DNA of 64,000 bases, from contig CAIYJV010000031.1 of assembly GCA_903926605.1 (NCBI GenBank), positions 8,178-72,177 of the forward strand, written 5' to 3'. The notes beneath the pieces are model-generated. The model was not told the origin of the DNA. It saw nothing but the letters and a program-made list of their open reading frames with translations, and did no database searches. Below are positions 1 to 7,736 of the stretch, one piece after another (position 1 is the stretch's first letter; the number at the start of each line of letters is the position of its first letter). The position numbers and the translations under genes were made by a program. Source of the DNA: an uncultured Bacteroidota bacterium (lineage in GTDB: Bacteria > Bacteroidota > Bacteroidia > Chitinophagales > Chitinophagaceae).

Positions 1-3000
1 TTTAGCAATAATGCCATGCTCCACTGCGACGGACGATCTGCCTGCCACTTTACCCAACATATCGGTTATCTCCAGAATTGCGATCCTGTCTGATTCGGGG
101 AATGTAACCAGAATAGCAAACTCACCCTTGTTGGGGTTTGGTACCAGTGTGAAATCAGCGTCCTTATTGCTCACATTATTTATTCCAAGAGGTGCCACTT
201 CCATGATCCCCCAGTTAAAGCCGCGAACGCCCTGGCAGGGAGTGCCACTGCCCGTGGTGACCATACAGGATATGGAATCTTTGTTATGAAAATCGTTTCT
301 TACCAGTTTGTAGTTGTTGGCTCCCGGAATGATGTGGCCATTGCGGTACCATTGATAGGCAGGGTCGGCGCCGCCGTGCTGTATGTGGGCGGTGAGGGTG
401 TCGTAGACGCCGTTGGTGGTCAAAAACCCGGAGGCCGACGTTACGGTTACTACAATTACAGGATCCACAGAAAGTCCGATTTCCGCACTTGCGGTGTCGT
501 TCGGCACGGGGCAATGGTAGTTACTCACCATTACGCATTTTATTGTGTCTCCGGAGGAGGGCCGATAGGTATATGACAGTCCTGCTGGAAACGAAACACC
601 ATTCAGAGACCAGTAGTACACAGGTCCCCATCCGGTAACCGAAGGATTTAAATAGACCGTCACATCGTTGCCTTCACACACTGCTCCACCCGTACCGGAT
701 AAAATATCAAGCTGCGGTGTCTGGAAAGGCAATACACTCATGATCATGGTGCTGCTCGCAGTATCCGGAAGTGTGCATGCTGCCGAACTGAGTAGGGCAC
801 AGGTCACGATATCACCGTTTGCAGGTGTGTATGTGAAATTGCTGCCGGTAAACATACCTACCCAATTCACGCTCCATTTCACTACGGGGGTTAGTCCGCC
901 GTTTACGATGTTTGCGGTAAATGTGTTGGGTACTCCGGCACAGACGGTGTCTCCGCCCGCCGAGGTGATCGTAACTCCGGGAACAACCGGATCGCTAACT
1001 GTCATTGTTAGCATACTGCCGGTGGAATCTGTCAGAGGGCACATAACGTTGTTGATCAGTTCACAATGAATAAGATCATTGTTTGCAGGCGTATAGGCAT
1101 ATAATGGAGAGGCAGAGACGAAGAGGCCATTTACGTACCAATGGTATATGGGTGCACTGCCGCCGTTTACGGGTATCGGGTCCAGCGTAACTGTCAGTCC
1201 GGGGCATAGTGATGCGGCAGGACTTGCGACAATGGTAACGGCAGGCGTAACAGTTGGATTTATGATCAGCGAGTGGGTAGCCAGCGAGCTACCGCAAGTG
1301 TTGGTTACGGTATAAACAATAGTATCTAAACCTGCGGTGTTGGCGGTAAAAATTCCCGTACCAACAAGTGTAGCAGTAGCGTTGCTGCTTGCCCAGTTGC
1401 CCGAGGCAACTGTACTCGAAAAAACTGCCTGGCCGAAAGCGCATACATGGTCGGGACCGTAGATAGTTCCGGCATCGGGTAGTTGGTTAACAAATACAGT
1501 TTTGGTAGCGCTGGATATTCCGCAGACATTAGAGACTGTGTAGGTCACTGTGTCCAAACCGGTGGTAAGCCCCGAGGCATTGCCAGCTGCGGAAATACTC
1601 AAATTCGAATTTGACGCCGTCCAGACTCCTCCGGTGGTATTGTCAGTGAGTGCGGTGACTGCGCCAGTGCAAACTGAATCTGCACCAATAACAGGCAGGG
1701 CTGGCTGGCTGACTGTGAGATTGACGGATGAGGTAGTGGTTCCGCATGCATTGGAAACAGCATAGTAAATCTCTGTTGTACCCTGAGATAGACCAATTAC
1801 AAAGCCTGTCAGTGGTCCTGCAGCGGCAACAGTTGCAACCGTGGGGTCAGACGTGATCCAGGTTCCGCCGGGTGTGCCGTTAGAGAGCGTTGAAACGGTA
1901 CCTATACAAATAGTGGTGGTTCCTGAAACTGGTGTGGCCGCGGCGGTTACCGTCACAGGTTGCACCGCGACACTGGTTCCACAAATATTAGTGACTGTAT
2001 AGGTAATGGTAGCAGTTCCGGCGGCAGTGCCAGTCATTATACCGGAAGAAGCAGTAATTGCTGCTACGCCCGTATTGCTGCTGCTCCAGGTGCCACCGCC
2101 TGAAGCATCTGCGAGGACCGAGGTTCCGGCAACACACAAAACGGAAGCGCCACTGATCGGAGCTACCATAGGTGTCGTGAGCACGATGAGTAATGCGGGA
2201 GTGGAAGTTGCAGTGCCCGCGGTGTTAGTGGATACCAAACGGTAGGCATAGCCATTGTCCGCCAAGCTAGCCCCGGCGACTGTAAGTGTGGATGTGGTAT
2301 AACTGGTGCCATATATACCACCGTCCATGCCTGCGGTAATATTGGTCCATGGACCCGCAATACCGGTTGTGCTACGTTGCCACTGATACGTAGGAGTAGG
2401 TATTCCACTGGCAGAAGACGTAAAGCTGGTACTGGTACCACTACAGATCGTAGCGCTTACGGGATTGGTGGTGATAGCCGGGGCGGTGGACGCTGTATTT
2501 ACGGTGCCGTCCACTTCCATATATTGTACCTGGAAAGTACCTGTGCTACCGCCGGGTGCGAACGGGAAAATAGCTACGATGATGCCGTTTGTGGAAGTAA
2601 TACCGGTTATAGCTGGTCCGGTTGACCCCAGCCAGTTCATAAGATTGTCGTAAGCACCGCAGCAGCCAGAGCCGGAACAGCCAGCCTGAGCATGATCCAT
2701 ATCGCTGGTCCAGGTTGCACCGCCATCCAGACTATATGCAAGACGCGCCAGCGTAGGACCTGTTGCTGACTTGCGGGTCCAAGCCCAATAATTGGTTACT
2801 GTAAGTGTATATCCTGAATTGGGCCATATCTGAAAATAGAGGTGGGGACCGCTGGCACTGTACGTTGTCCAGGTGGTAGAAACAGTTATTCCGCGTAGCC
2901 CTCCTGTGGTGCACGGCGTGTTGGATCCAAATCCCACATCCAGCAACGAGCCCACGGTTTCGTTGGCCGCCGCTGCAACAACCGCCGTGCTGGTACCAGC

Positions 3001-3099
3001 CGACCCCGTATAAGTGGCCAGTATCTGTGCAGTCACCAGTTTGTTACTGCAAAACAATAACAGGAAATAAATAAATAAAAATTTAATGCAAAATTTCAT
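1..3099 (-). CDS. Large secreted cell-surface protein with tandem Ig-like (Big_2-type) repeats and a T9SS C-terminal sorting domain; 3' end runs off the window
   Basis: Absent from the ORF track because it has no stop inside the window. Hand translation of the reverse strand from ATG (3099-3097) is open for all 1033 codons down to position 1. Signal peptide MKFCIKFLFIYFLLLFCSNKLVTAQ. Repeated modules end in TITYTVTNICGTS / TVTYTVSNVCGIS / TIVYTVTNTCGSS. Later modules have GG..P.Y.W..NG with paired Cys. The last residues, DFTLVPNPNKGEFAILV...ILEITDMLGKV, resemble a type A Por/T9SS sorting domain. Confidence 0.8.
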   Translation of the reverse strand, partial: MKFCIKFLFIYFLLLFCSNKLVTAQILATYTGSAGTSTAVVAAAANETVGSLLDVGFGSNTPCTTGGLRGITVSTTWTTYSASGPHLYFQIWPNSGYTLTVTNYWAWTRKSATGPTLARLAYSLDGGATWTSDMDHAQAGCSGSGCCGAYDNLMNWLGSTGPAITGITSTNGIIVAIFPFAPGGSTGTFQVQYMEVDGTVNTASTAPAITTNPVSATICSGTSTSFTSSASGIPTPTYQWQRSTTGIAGPWTNITAGMDGGIYGTSYTTSTLTVAGASLADNGYAYRLVSTNTAGTATSTPALLIVLTTPMVAPISGASVLCVAGTSVLADASGGGTWSSSNTGVAAITASSGIMTGTAAGTATITYTVTNICGTSVAVQPVTVTAAATPVSGTTTICIGTVSTLSNGTPGGTWITSDPTVATVAAAGPLTGFVIGLSQGTTEIYYAVSNACGTTTSSVNLTVSQPALPVIGADSVCTGAVTALTDNTTGGVWTASNSNLSISAAGNASGLTTGLDTVTYTVSNVCGISSATKTVFVNQLPDAGTIYGPDHVCAFGQAVFSSTVASGNWASSNATATLVGTGIFTANTAGLDTIVYTVTNTCGSSLATHSLIINPTVTPAVTIVASPAASLCPGLTVTLDPIPVNGGSAPIYHWYVNGLFVSASPLYAYTPANNDLIHCELINNVMCPLTDSTGSMLTMTVSDPVVPGVTITSAGGDTVCAGVPNTFTANIVNGGLTPVVKWSVNWVGMFTGSNFTYTPANGDIVTCALLSSAACTLPDTASSTMIMSVLPFQTPQLDILSGTGGAVCEGNDVTVYLNPSVTGWGPVYYWSLNGVSFPAGLSYTYRPSSGDTIKCVMVSNYHCPVPNDTASAEIGLSVDPVIVVTVTSASGFLTTNGVYDTLTAHIQHGGADPAYQWYRNGHIIPGANNYKLVRNDFHNKDSISCMVTTGSGTPCQGVRGFNWGIMEVAPLGINNVSNKDADFTLVPNPNKGEFAILVTFPESDRIAILEITDMLGKVAGRSSVAVEHGIIAK

Positions 3100-3138
3100 A
3101 AAGTGACCTTTTTTCCTTTAAAAGGCAAAAGTCACTTT
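3100..3138. promoter_or_regulatory. 39-nt imperfect palindrome abutting the start codon of the T9SS adhesin gene
   Basis: AAAGTGAC-CTTTTTT-CCTTT-A-AAAGG-CAAAA-GTCACTTT. Outer 8-bp arms and inner 5-bp arms are perfect. It sits at -1 to -39 relative to the minus-strand ATG (3099). Confidence 0.6.
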
Positions 3139-3275
3139 AAGAGATTACCGTGGTGTGAATTAAAATTCATTTAAAGGTTATCAATATATTACCCAATAGG
3201 GGTACCTCCGGTGTATTCTATGCAACAAATTTTGCAGGTTATGGATAATAATGGTGAATAATCATAATTTTCACA

Positions 3276-3283
3276 TAAATTTG
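3276..3283 (+). promoter_or_regulatory. Candidate Bacteroidota sigma-A -7 box (TAAATTTG) upstream of the PpiD-like gene
   Basis: Exact match to TAnnTTTG, 34 nt upstream of the ATG at 3317. Confidence 0.4.
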
Positions 3284-3316
3284 CCATCCTTTTAAAAAAT
3301 TATAATCCATACAGGA

Positions 3317-5518
3317 ATGTCTGTAATATTAAAAATCAGAAAAAACGGTAAGCTCGCAGGTGGTGTGATCGCGATGTCTCTATCTATTTGGATCATTTCT
3401 GAAGGTGCCAACAGTGCGTCCTTCAAGGATTTCTTTCGTGGGTCCAGCAGCACGAGTGTTGCCAATGTAAATGGTAATAAGATAGACCCGAAGGAATTTC
3501 AGTCCAGGGTGAAAGAATACGAAACCCTTATGGCCGTATTTAATCCACGCAACCAAATGGACGAAGCCGCTAAGGCGCAGATGAGCGAACAAGTGTTGCA
3601 AAACGCCGTAATGGAAGCCGTAATTGGCGAACAATGCGACAAACTGGGCATTATCACGACCGAGGATGCGAAGAAAGAACTGATCTACGGAGAAAACGCC
3701 GATCAGTTGGTTCGTCGTTTCACATTCGAAGGCCAGCCGATCTTCACCAATCCTGAAACCGGCCAGTTTGATCCTCAGCGTGTGAAGGAAATTGAAAAAC
3801 AATTCACGCAGGAGCCTCCTCAGGGTCAGGAACAGATTTTTGAAAAAGTGAAGATGCAGTGGGAATCGCTTAAGAACTACGTGATTCGCAACCACCGCAT
3901 CAATACCTTCAACAATATGCTGGCAGGGTCTGTATTCCAGCCCGGTTTTATGACCAAGCACAGCTTTGCCGACAAAAACGTTTCTGCAAGTATCCGTTAC
4001 GTCAAAGTGCCTTATTCTACTGTTCCGGACAACAAAGTGTCGGTTACGGACGAAGAAATAAAAGGCTATATGGCTCGTCACAGGGCTATGTTCGCACCAG
4101 ATCAGGAAGTAAGGACCATAGAATATGTGTCTTTCGACATAGTTCCGTCGTCTGCCGACTCTGCCCGTGCCAAAAACGCATTGCTTGACGCAAAGACAGA
4201 GTTTTCAACTACCAAGGATGAAAAATCTATGGTCAGCAACCGGTCAGACGAACCAGGTAATTATTACGACGGCTTTATCAATAAGAAATCTTACACAGCG
4301 CCAAGCGCCGATTCTATTCTGGCAATGCAGGCCGGCGACGTATACGGCCCCTACCTTGAGAACAATGCTTACCGCATGACCAAGGTGACATCCCGTAAGA
4401 CTTTGCCGGACTCGGTAAAGATTCGCCACATTCTTGTAAAATCCAAGGATCAGGGCCGGGAAGTAATGTCCGACACATTGGCCAAGGCTCGCATAGACAG
4501 TATTGTAAACGCTATCAAGGGTGGTGTATCTTTCGATAGTATCGTTGCGCACACTTCAGACGATCAGGGCAGTGCCAAGAACGGTGGAGTATACAACTGG
4601 GCATTGGTGCAGCGCGCCACGCTTTCAAAAGAATTCGGTGACTTTGCCTGGGAAGGGAAAACAGGCGAGAAGAAAACTGTAAAGGTTGAGAACGGTAACT
4701 ACGCAGGATATCATTATATCGAAATCCTGAATCAGAAAGATGAGCAGACCGCTGTAAAATTTGCAACGATCGTAAAGAACCTGCTCCCCAGCGACAGTAC
4801 CGTAAATGCTTTGTACGCCAAGGCAAATGAATTTGCCTCTAAAAATGTGAATGGTACTGATTTTGATGCAAATGCAAAAAAATCGGGCTATGACAAGCGC
4901 ATGGGTGAAAATGTGAAAGTGAGCAACTTCGCCATTGCAGGATTGGGTGCGGCACGCGAGATAATAAGGTGGACTTATGACCACAAAGTAGGCGAGGTGT
5001 CTCCTGTATTCCAATTGGGAGATCAGCGCTATGTGGTTGCAAAATTGCTTTCTGCCGACGAAAAAGGCAGCATGGCTATTACGCCCGCAAACAGGCCCAT
5101 GCTGGAACAGCGTGTAAGGGATGAAAAGAAAGCGGAAGAAATAGTAAAATCATGTCAGGGCAAGGGTAGCCTGGATGCCATTGCAGCGGCCATGGGCCAG
5201 CAGGTGCAGCAGTTGGATACCGTGAGCCTCGGCGCATCGTTCATTCCAAACCTGGGTTATGAACCCAAGGTTGTGGGCTATACTTTCTTCGACGGACTGA
5301 AACCCAATACCGTTTCACCAGGCATCAAGGGTATGGGTGGTGTTTATTACATCATGGTATTGAACCGTACTTCAGCGCCAGAAAATCCACAGGCTGGAAT
5401 GATGATGGCTCAGGAACGTTATCAGGAAGAAATGCAGCTTCGCAATGCCATTGGGCAGATGATGCAGCAGGCCATTATACGGACCGCGAACGTAAAATAC
5501 AATCAGGCGAATTTCTAG
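3317..5518 (+). CDS. Membrane-anchored periplasmic chaperone / peptidyl-prolyl isomerase (PpiD/SurA family)
   Basis: 733-aa ORF. N-terminal anchor GGVIAMSLSIWIIS. Parvulin-type region VKIRHILVKS...GVSFDSIVAHTSDDQGSAKNGGVYNW. Size and layout are typical of Bacteroidota PpiD-like proteins. Confidence 0.8.
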   Translation: MSVILKIRKNGKLAGGVIAMSLSIWIISEGANSASFKDFFRGSSSTSVANVNGNKIDPKEFQSRVKEYETLMAVFNPRNQMDEAAKAQMSEQVLQNAVMEAVIGEQCDKLGIITTEDAKKELIYGENADQLVRRFTFEGQPIFTNPETGQFDPQRVKEIEKQFTQEPPQGQEQIFEKVKMQWESLKNYVIRNHRINTFNNMLAGSVFQPGFMTKHSFADKNVSASIRYVKVPYSTVPDNKVSVTDEEIKGYMARHRAMFAPDQEVRTIEYVSFDIVPSSADSARAKNALLDAKTEFSTTKDEKSMVSNRSDEPGNYYDGFINKKSYTAPSADSILAMQAGDVYGPYLENNAYRMTKVTSRKTLPDSVKIRHILVKSKDQGREVMSDTLAKARIDSIVNAIKGGVSFDSIVAHTSDDQGSAKNGGVYNWALVQRATLSKEFGDFAWEGKTGEKKTVKVENGNYAGYHYIEILNQKDEQTAVKFATIVKNLLPSDSTVNALYAKANEFASKNVNGTDFDANAKKSGYDKRMGENVKVSNFAIAGLGAAREIIRWTYDHKVGEVSPVFQLGDQRYVVAKLLSADEKGSMAITPANRPMLEQRVRDEKKAEEIVKSCQGKGSLDAIAAAMGQQVQQLDTVSLGASFIPNLGYEPKVVGYTFFDGLKPNTVSPGIKGMGGVYYIMVLNRTSAPENPQAGMMMAQERYQEEMQLRNAIGQMMQQAIIRTANVKYNQANF

Positions 5519-5538
5519 TATAACAGTATTATTTCTTT

Positions 5539-5567
5539 CCGAGGCCGCCCCCAAAGGGCGGTCTCGG
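5539..5567 (+). terminator. Stem-loop terminator after the PpiD-like gene
   Basis: CCGAGGCCGCCC-CCAAA-GGGCGGTCTCGG. 12-bp stem with one mismatch, 21 nt after the stop. Confidence 0.65.
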
Positions 5568-5737
5568 TGCATTTAGTGCTGTACGATTCCCGGTAATACG
5601 ACGGTGGCCGCACTTGTCAAAATAACCCGCACAAATAAATACCGGGTGCCAAATCAATTTGCAGCGTTTGAATAGTTGTGTATTTAGTCTAAATTGTGCC
5701 GACTTTTACTTTTGTAAAAGAACCCAAAGAGCAAAAA

Positions 5738-6697
5738 ATGAAGAAATTAATTAAAAAACTACTTTCCCCGATTCTCAAGAGCTATGATGTAAGGCTTGAA
5801 AACAATAAGAGGGAGCTAGATGCTTTATATAAGTTGTTGTACAACAACATACACGACTTAGATCATACCATTCCAATGGCCGCAAATCAAACTGAGGCCA
5901 CTTTTTCATTCCAGTGGGACCAGATGCAGGAAGGCGAAGCTATGCTGAGCGATAAATGGTTTAAAGAGAATATTCTAACCATTATTACGGAGCGCGAGAT
6001 CCTGATGAAAAAAGAGTGGTTTAGGGGTAAGGATGTCATAGACTGCGGTTGCGGCGGCGGAAGGTGGTCCTATGGTCTGGCTAAAATGGGTGCCAATATT
6101 ACAGCTGTAGATATTAACGAGTCTGCGCTTATGGCTACCAAGGGTGTGCTAGAAGAATTTGATGTAAAAAAAGACTTTGTACTTACACCGCTCGAACAAC
6201 TGAAATCGGCCATTCCGGACGGCAGAAAGTACGACCTCGTTTGGTCTTGGGGCGTATTGCACCACTGTTTCAGTTTCAACGAGTCTTTCCGTCAGGCAAT
6301 GAGTTTTGTAAAGGAAGGAGGTTTTATCTACTTGTACCTCTATGGCAGGGAAAGCCTGAATTATGAGGTTGACATAAACCTTTTCAAAAACCGGGTTAGA
6401 TACAACACCCTCAATACCTGGGAGGAAAAAGAAAAATTCCTGCTTGATAAACAGGGCGGCGACCATAAAAAATTGCATCAGGCGCACGATATGTATGCAC
6501 CCTTGCTCAACCGGCGCCTCGAATTTGATTATGTAAAGAAGATGCTGCAGGAAAATGGATTCACCGATATCGTCCGTACCGTGGACGACGGAGAATTGCA
6601 CGTCCGCGCCGTAAAAACAGCTATGAAGCCGGAAGACAAAGAATTTATCATCCCCAAAACAAACAATCCTTATTGGTTCGATTACGGACCAAAATAA
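5738..6697 (+). CDS. Class I SAM-dependent methyltransferase
   Basis: The ORF track starts at GTG 5696. I prefer ATG 5738 (MKKLIKKLL). SAM motif I is VIDCGCGGGRWS, followed by ITAVDINE. The gene is visibly more AT-rich than its neighbours. Confidence 0.7.
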   Translation: MKKLIKKLLSPILKSYDVRLENNKRELDALYKLLYNNIHDLDHTIPMAANQTEATFSFQWDQMQEGEAMLSDKWFKENILTIITEREILMKKEWFRGKDVIDCGCGGGRWSYGLAKMGANITAVDINESALMATKGVLEEFDVKKDFVLTPLEQLKSAIPDGRKYDLVWSWGVLHHCFSFNESFRQAMSFVKEGGFIYLYLYGRESLNYEVDINLFKNRVRYNTLNTWEEKEKFLLDKQGGDHKKLHQAHDMYAPLLNRRLEFDYVKKMLQENGFTDIVRTVDDGELHVRAVKTAMKPEDKEFIIPKTNNPYWFDYGPK

Positions 6698-6755
6698 TAC
6701 CGTCTGGCAAGATCAATACCTATGGACCAGCGGTTTGATTTTGGCTAAATGAACT

Positions 6756-6797
6756 AAAAAGGCAAACCCGGGCTAAATGTCCCGGGTTTGCCTTTTT
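6756..6797. terminator. Bidirectional terminator between the convergent methyltransferase and scpB genes
   Basis: AAAAAGGCAAACCCGGG-CTAAATGT-CCCGGGTTTGCCTTTTT. Perfect 17-bp stem with A/T runs on both sides. Confidence 0.85.
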
Positions 6798-6813
6798 GTA
6801 GCGTTAAATTCCT

Positions 6814-7476
6814 TTATGATGCCTGCCTCAGCGAATGCTGTGTGGCCATATCTATTGTCGTGGCAGCCGCACCGGGTACTGCTTCCAGTCCATTGGTCGG
6901 GATAATGATTTCTTTGTCTGTAATGTCCTTAAGCTGCGGCAATTGCGATGCTGAATTGATGCCCAGATAGTCCATAAAATACTTAGACGTATTGTAGATA
7001 AGTGGCTTGCCTACAGCGTCTTCCTTTCTTCCTGCAATCACGATAAGTTCTTTTTCCAGCAGTTTCTGAATGCTGTAATCTGCACTCACGCCGCGAATAT
7101 ATTCGATCTCACCCTTTGTGATCGGCTGTTTGTACGCAATGATAGAAAGTGTCTCCATTGCTGCAGTAGACAATTTCTTGATGTGCTTTTCGCCGTTCAG
7201 CTGGAGTACGGTCTTATGGAATGCCTTCTTCGTCAGAAACTGATAGCCACCTCCTGTTTCCATCAACTGGAACGGATAATATTCTGCGGCGTATTTTTCG
7301 GAAATAGCTTCAATGCAACGGCTTATTCTATCAGTTTCTACCACGGTCTCCAGGGCATGACCCAATATTTCGGTCATTTCTACGAGCGTAAGCGGCTTCT
7401 CACTGGCAAAGATCAGTGCTTCCACATGCGGCATCAATTGTTCTAAGTCCATCCTTGTCTGATTTTGATACTGCAA
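6814..7476 (-). CDS. scpB: Segregation and condensation protein B (SMC-ScpAB subunit)
   Basis: 220 aa. N-terminal VEALIFASEKPLTLVEMTEIL and a second winged-helix segment (LSIIAYKQPITKGEIEYIRGV) are characteristic of ScpB. Confidence 0.85.
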   Translation of the reverse strand: MQYQNQTRMDLEQLMPHVEALIFASEKPLTLVEMTEILGHALETVVETDRISRCIEAISEKYAAEYYPFQLMETGGGYQFLTKKAFHKTVLQLNGEKHIKKLSTAAMETLSIIAYKQPITKGEIEYIRGVSADYSIQKLLEKELIVIAGRKEDAVGKPLIYNTSKYFMDYLGINSASQLPQLKDITDKEIIIPTNGLEAVPGAAATTIDMATQHSLRQAS

Positions 7477-7716
7477 TTTACACCTAATGAACGGCCTCTG
7501 CCTGTGAAGTAATCCACAATTGTGAATAACTGGATTTTGTAAAAATGAAACCTTGCCAATTATTTCGTCTATTCATTTGGTGTTTTTATGCAATTTAAAT
7601 TCGTTGTCATGTCGCTCAATCGTGACTCCGTTTTTACCCCTGTAATTGTTATTTTTCCATTACTTTTGTTCCCCGAATCGGGCATGTCCCTATTGCCCTC
7701 TCATGTCTTGTATACT

Positions 7717-7724
7717 TACTTTTG
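7717..7724 (+). promoter_or_regulatory. Candidate -7 box (TACTTTTG) upstream of carB
   Basis: Exact TAnnTTTG match 13 nt upstream of the ATG. This implies a very short leader. Confidence 0.35.
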
Positions 7725-7736
7725 AATATATAAATA

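Noticed and set aside
2732-2914. Short ORFs listed in the first 3 kb (11..289, 668..1069, 2006..2245, 2732..2914 and others).
   Set aside because: All lie in alternative frames of the continuous 1033-codon minus-strand adhesin gene. None has independent support.
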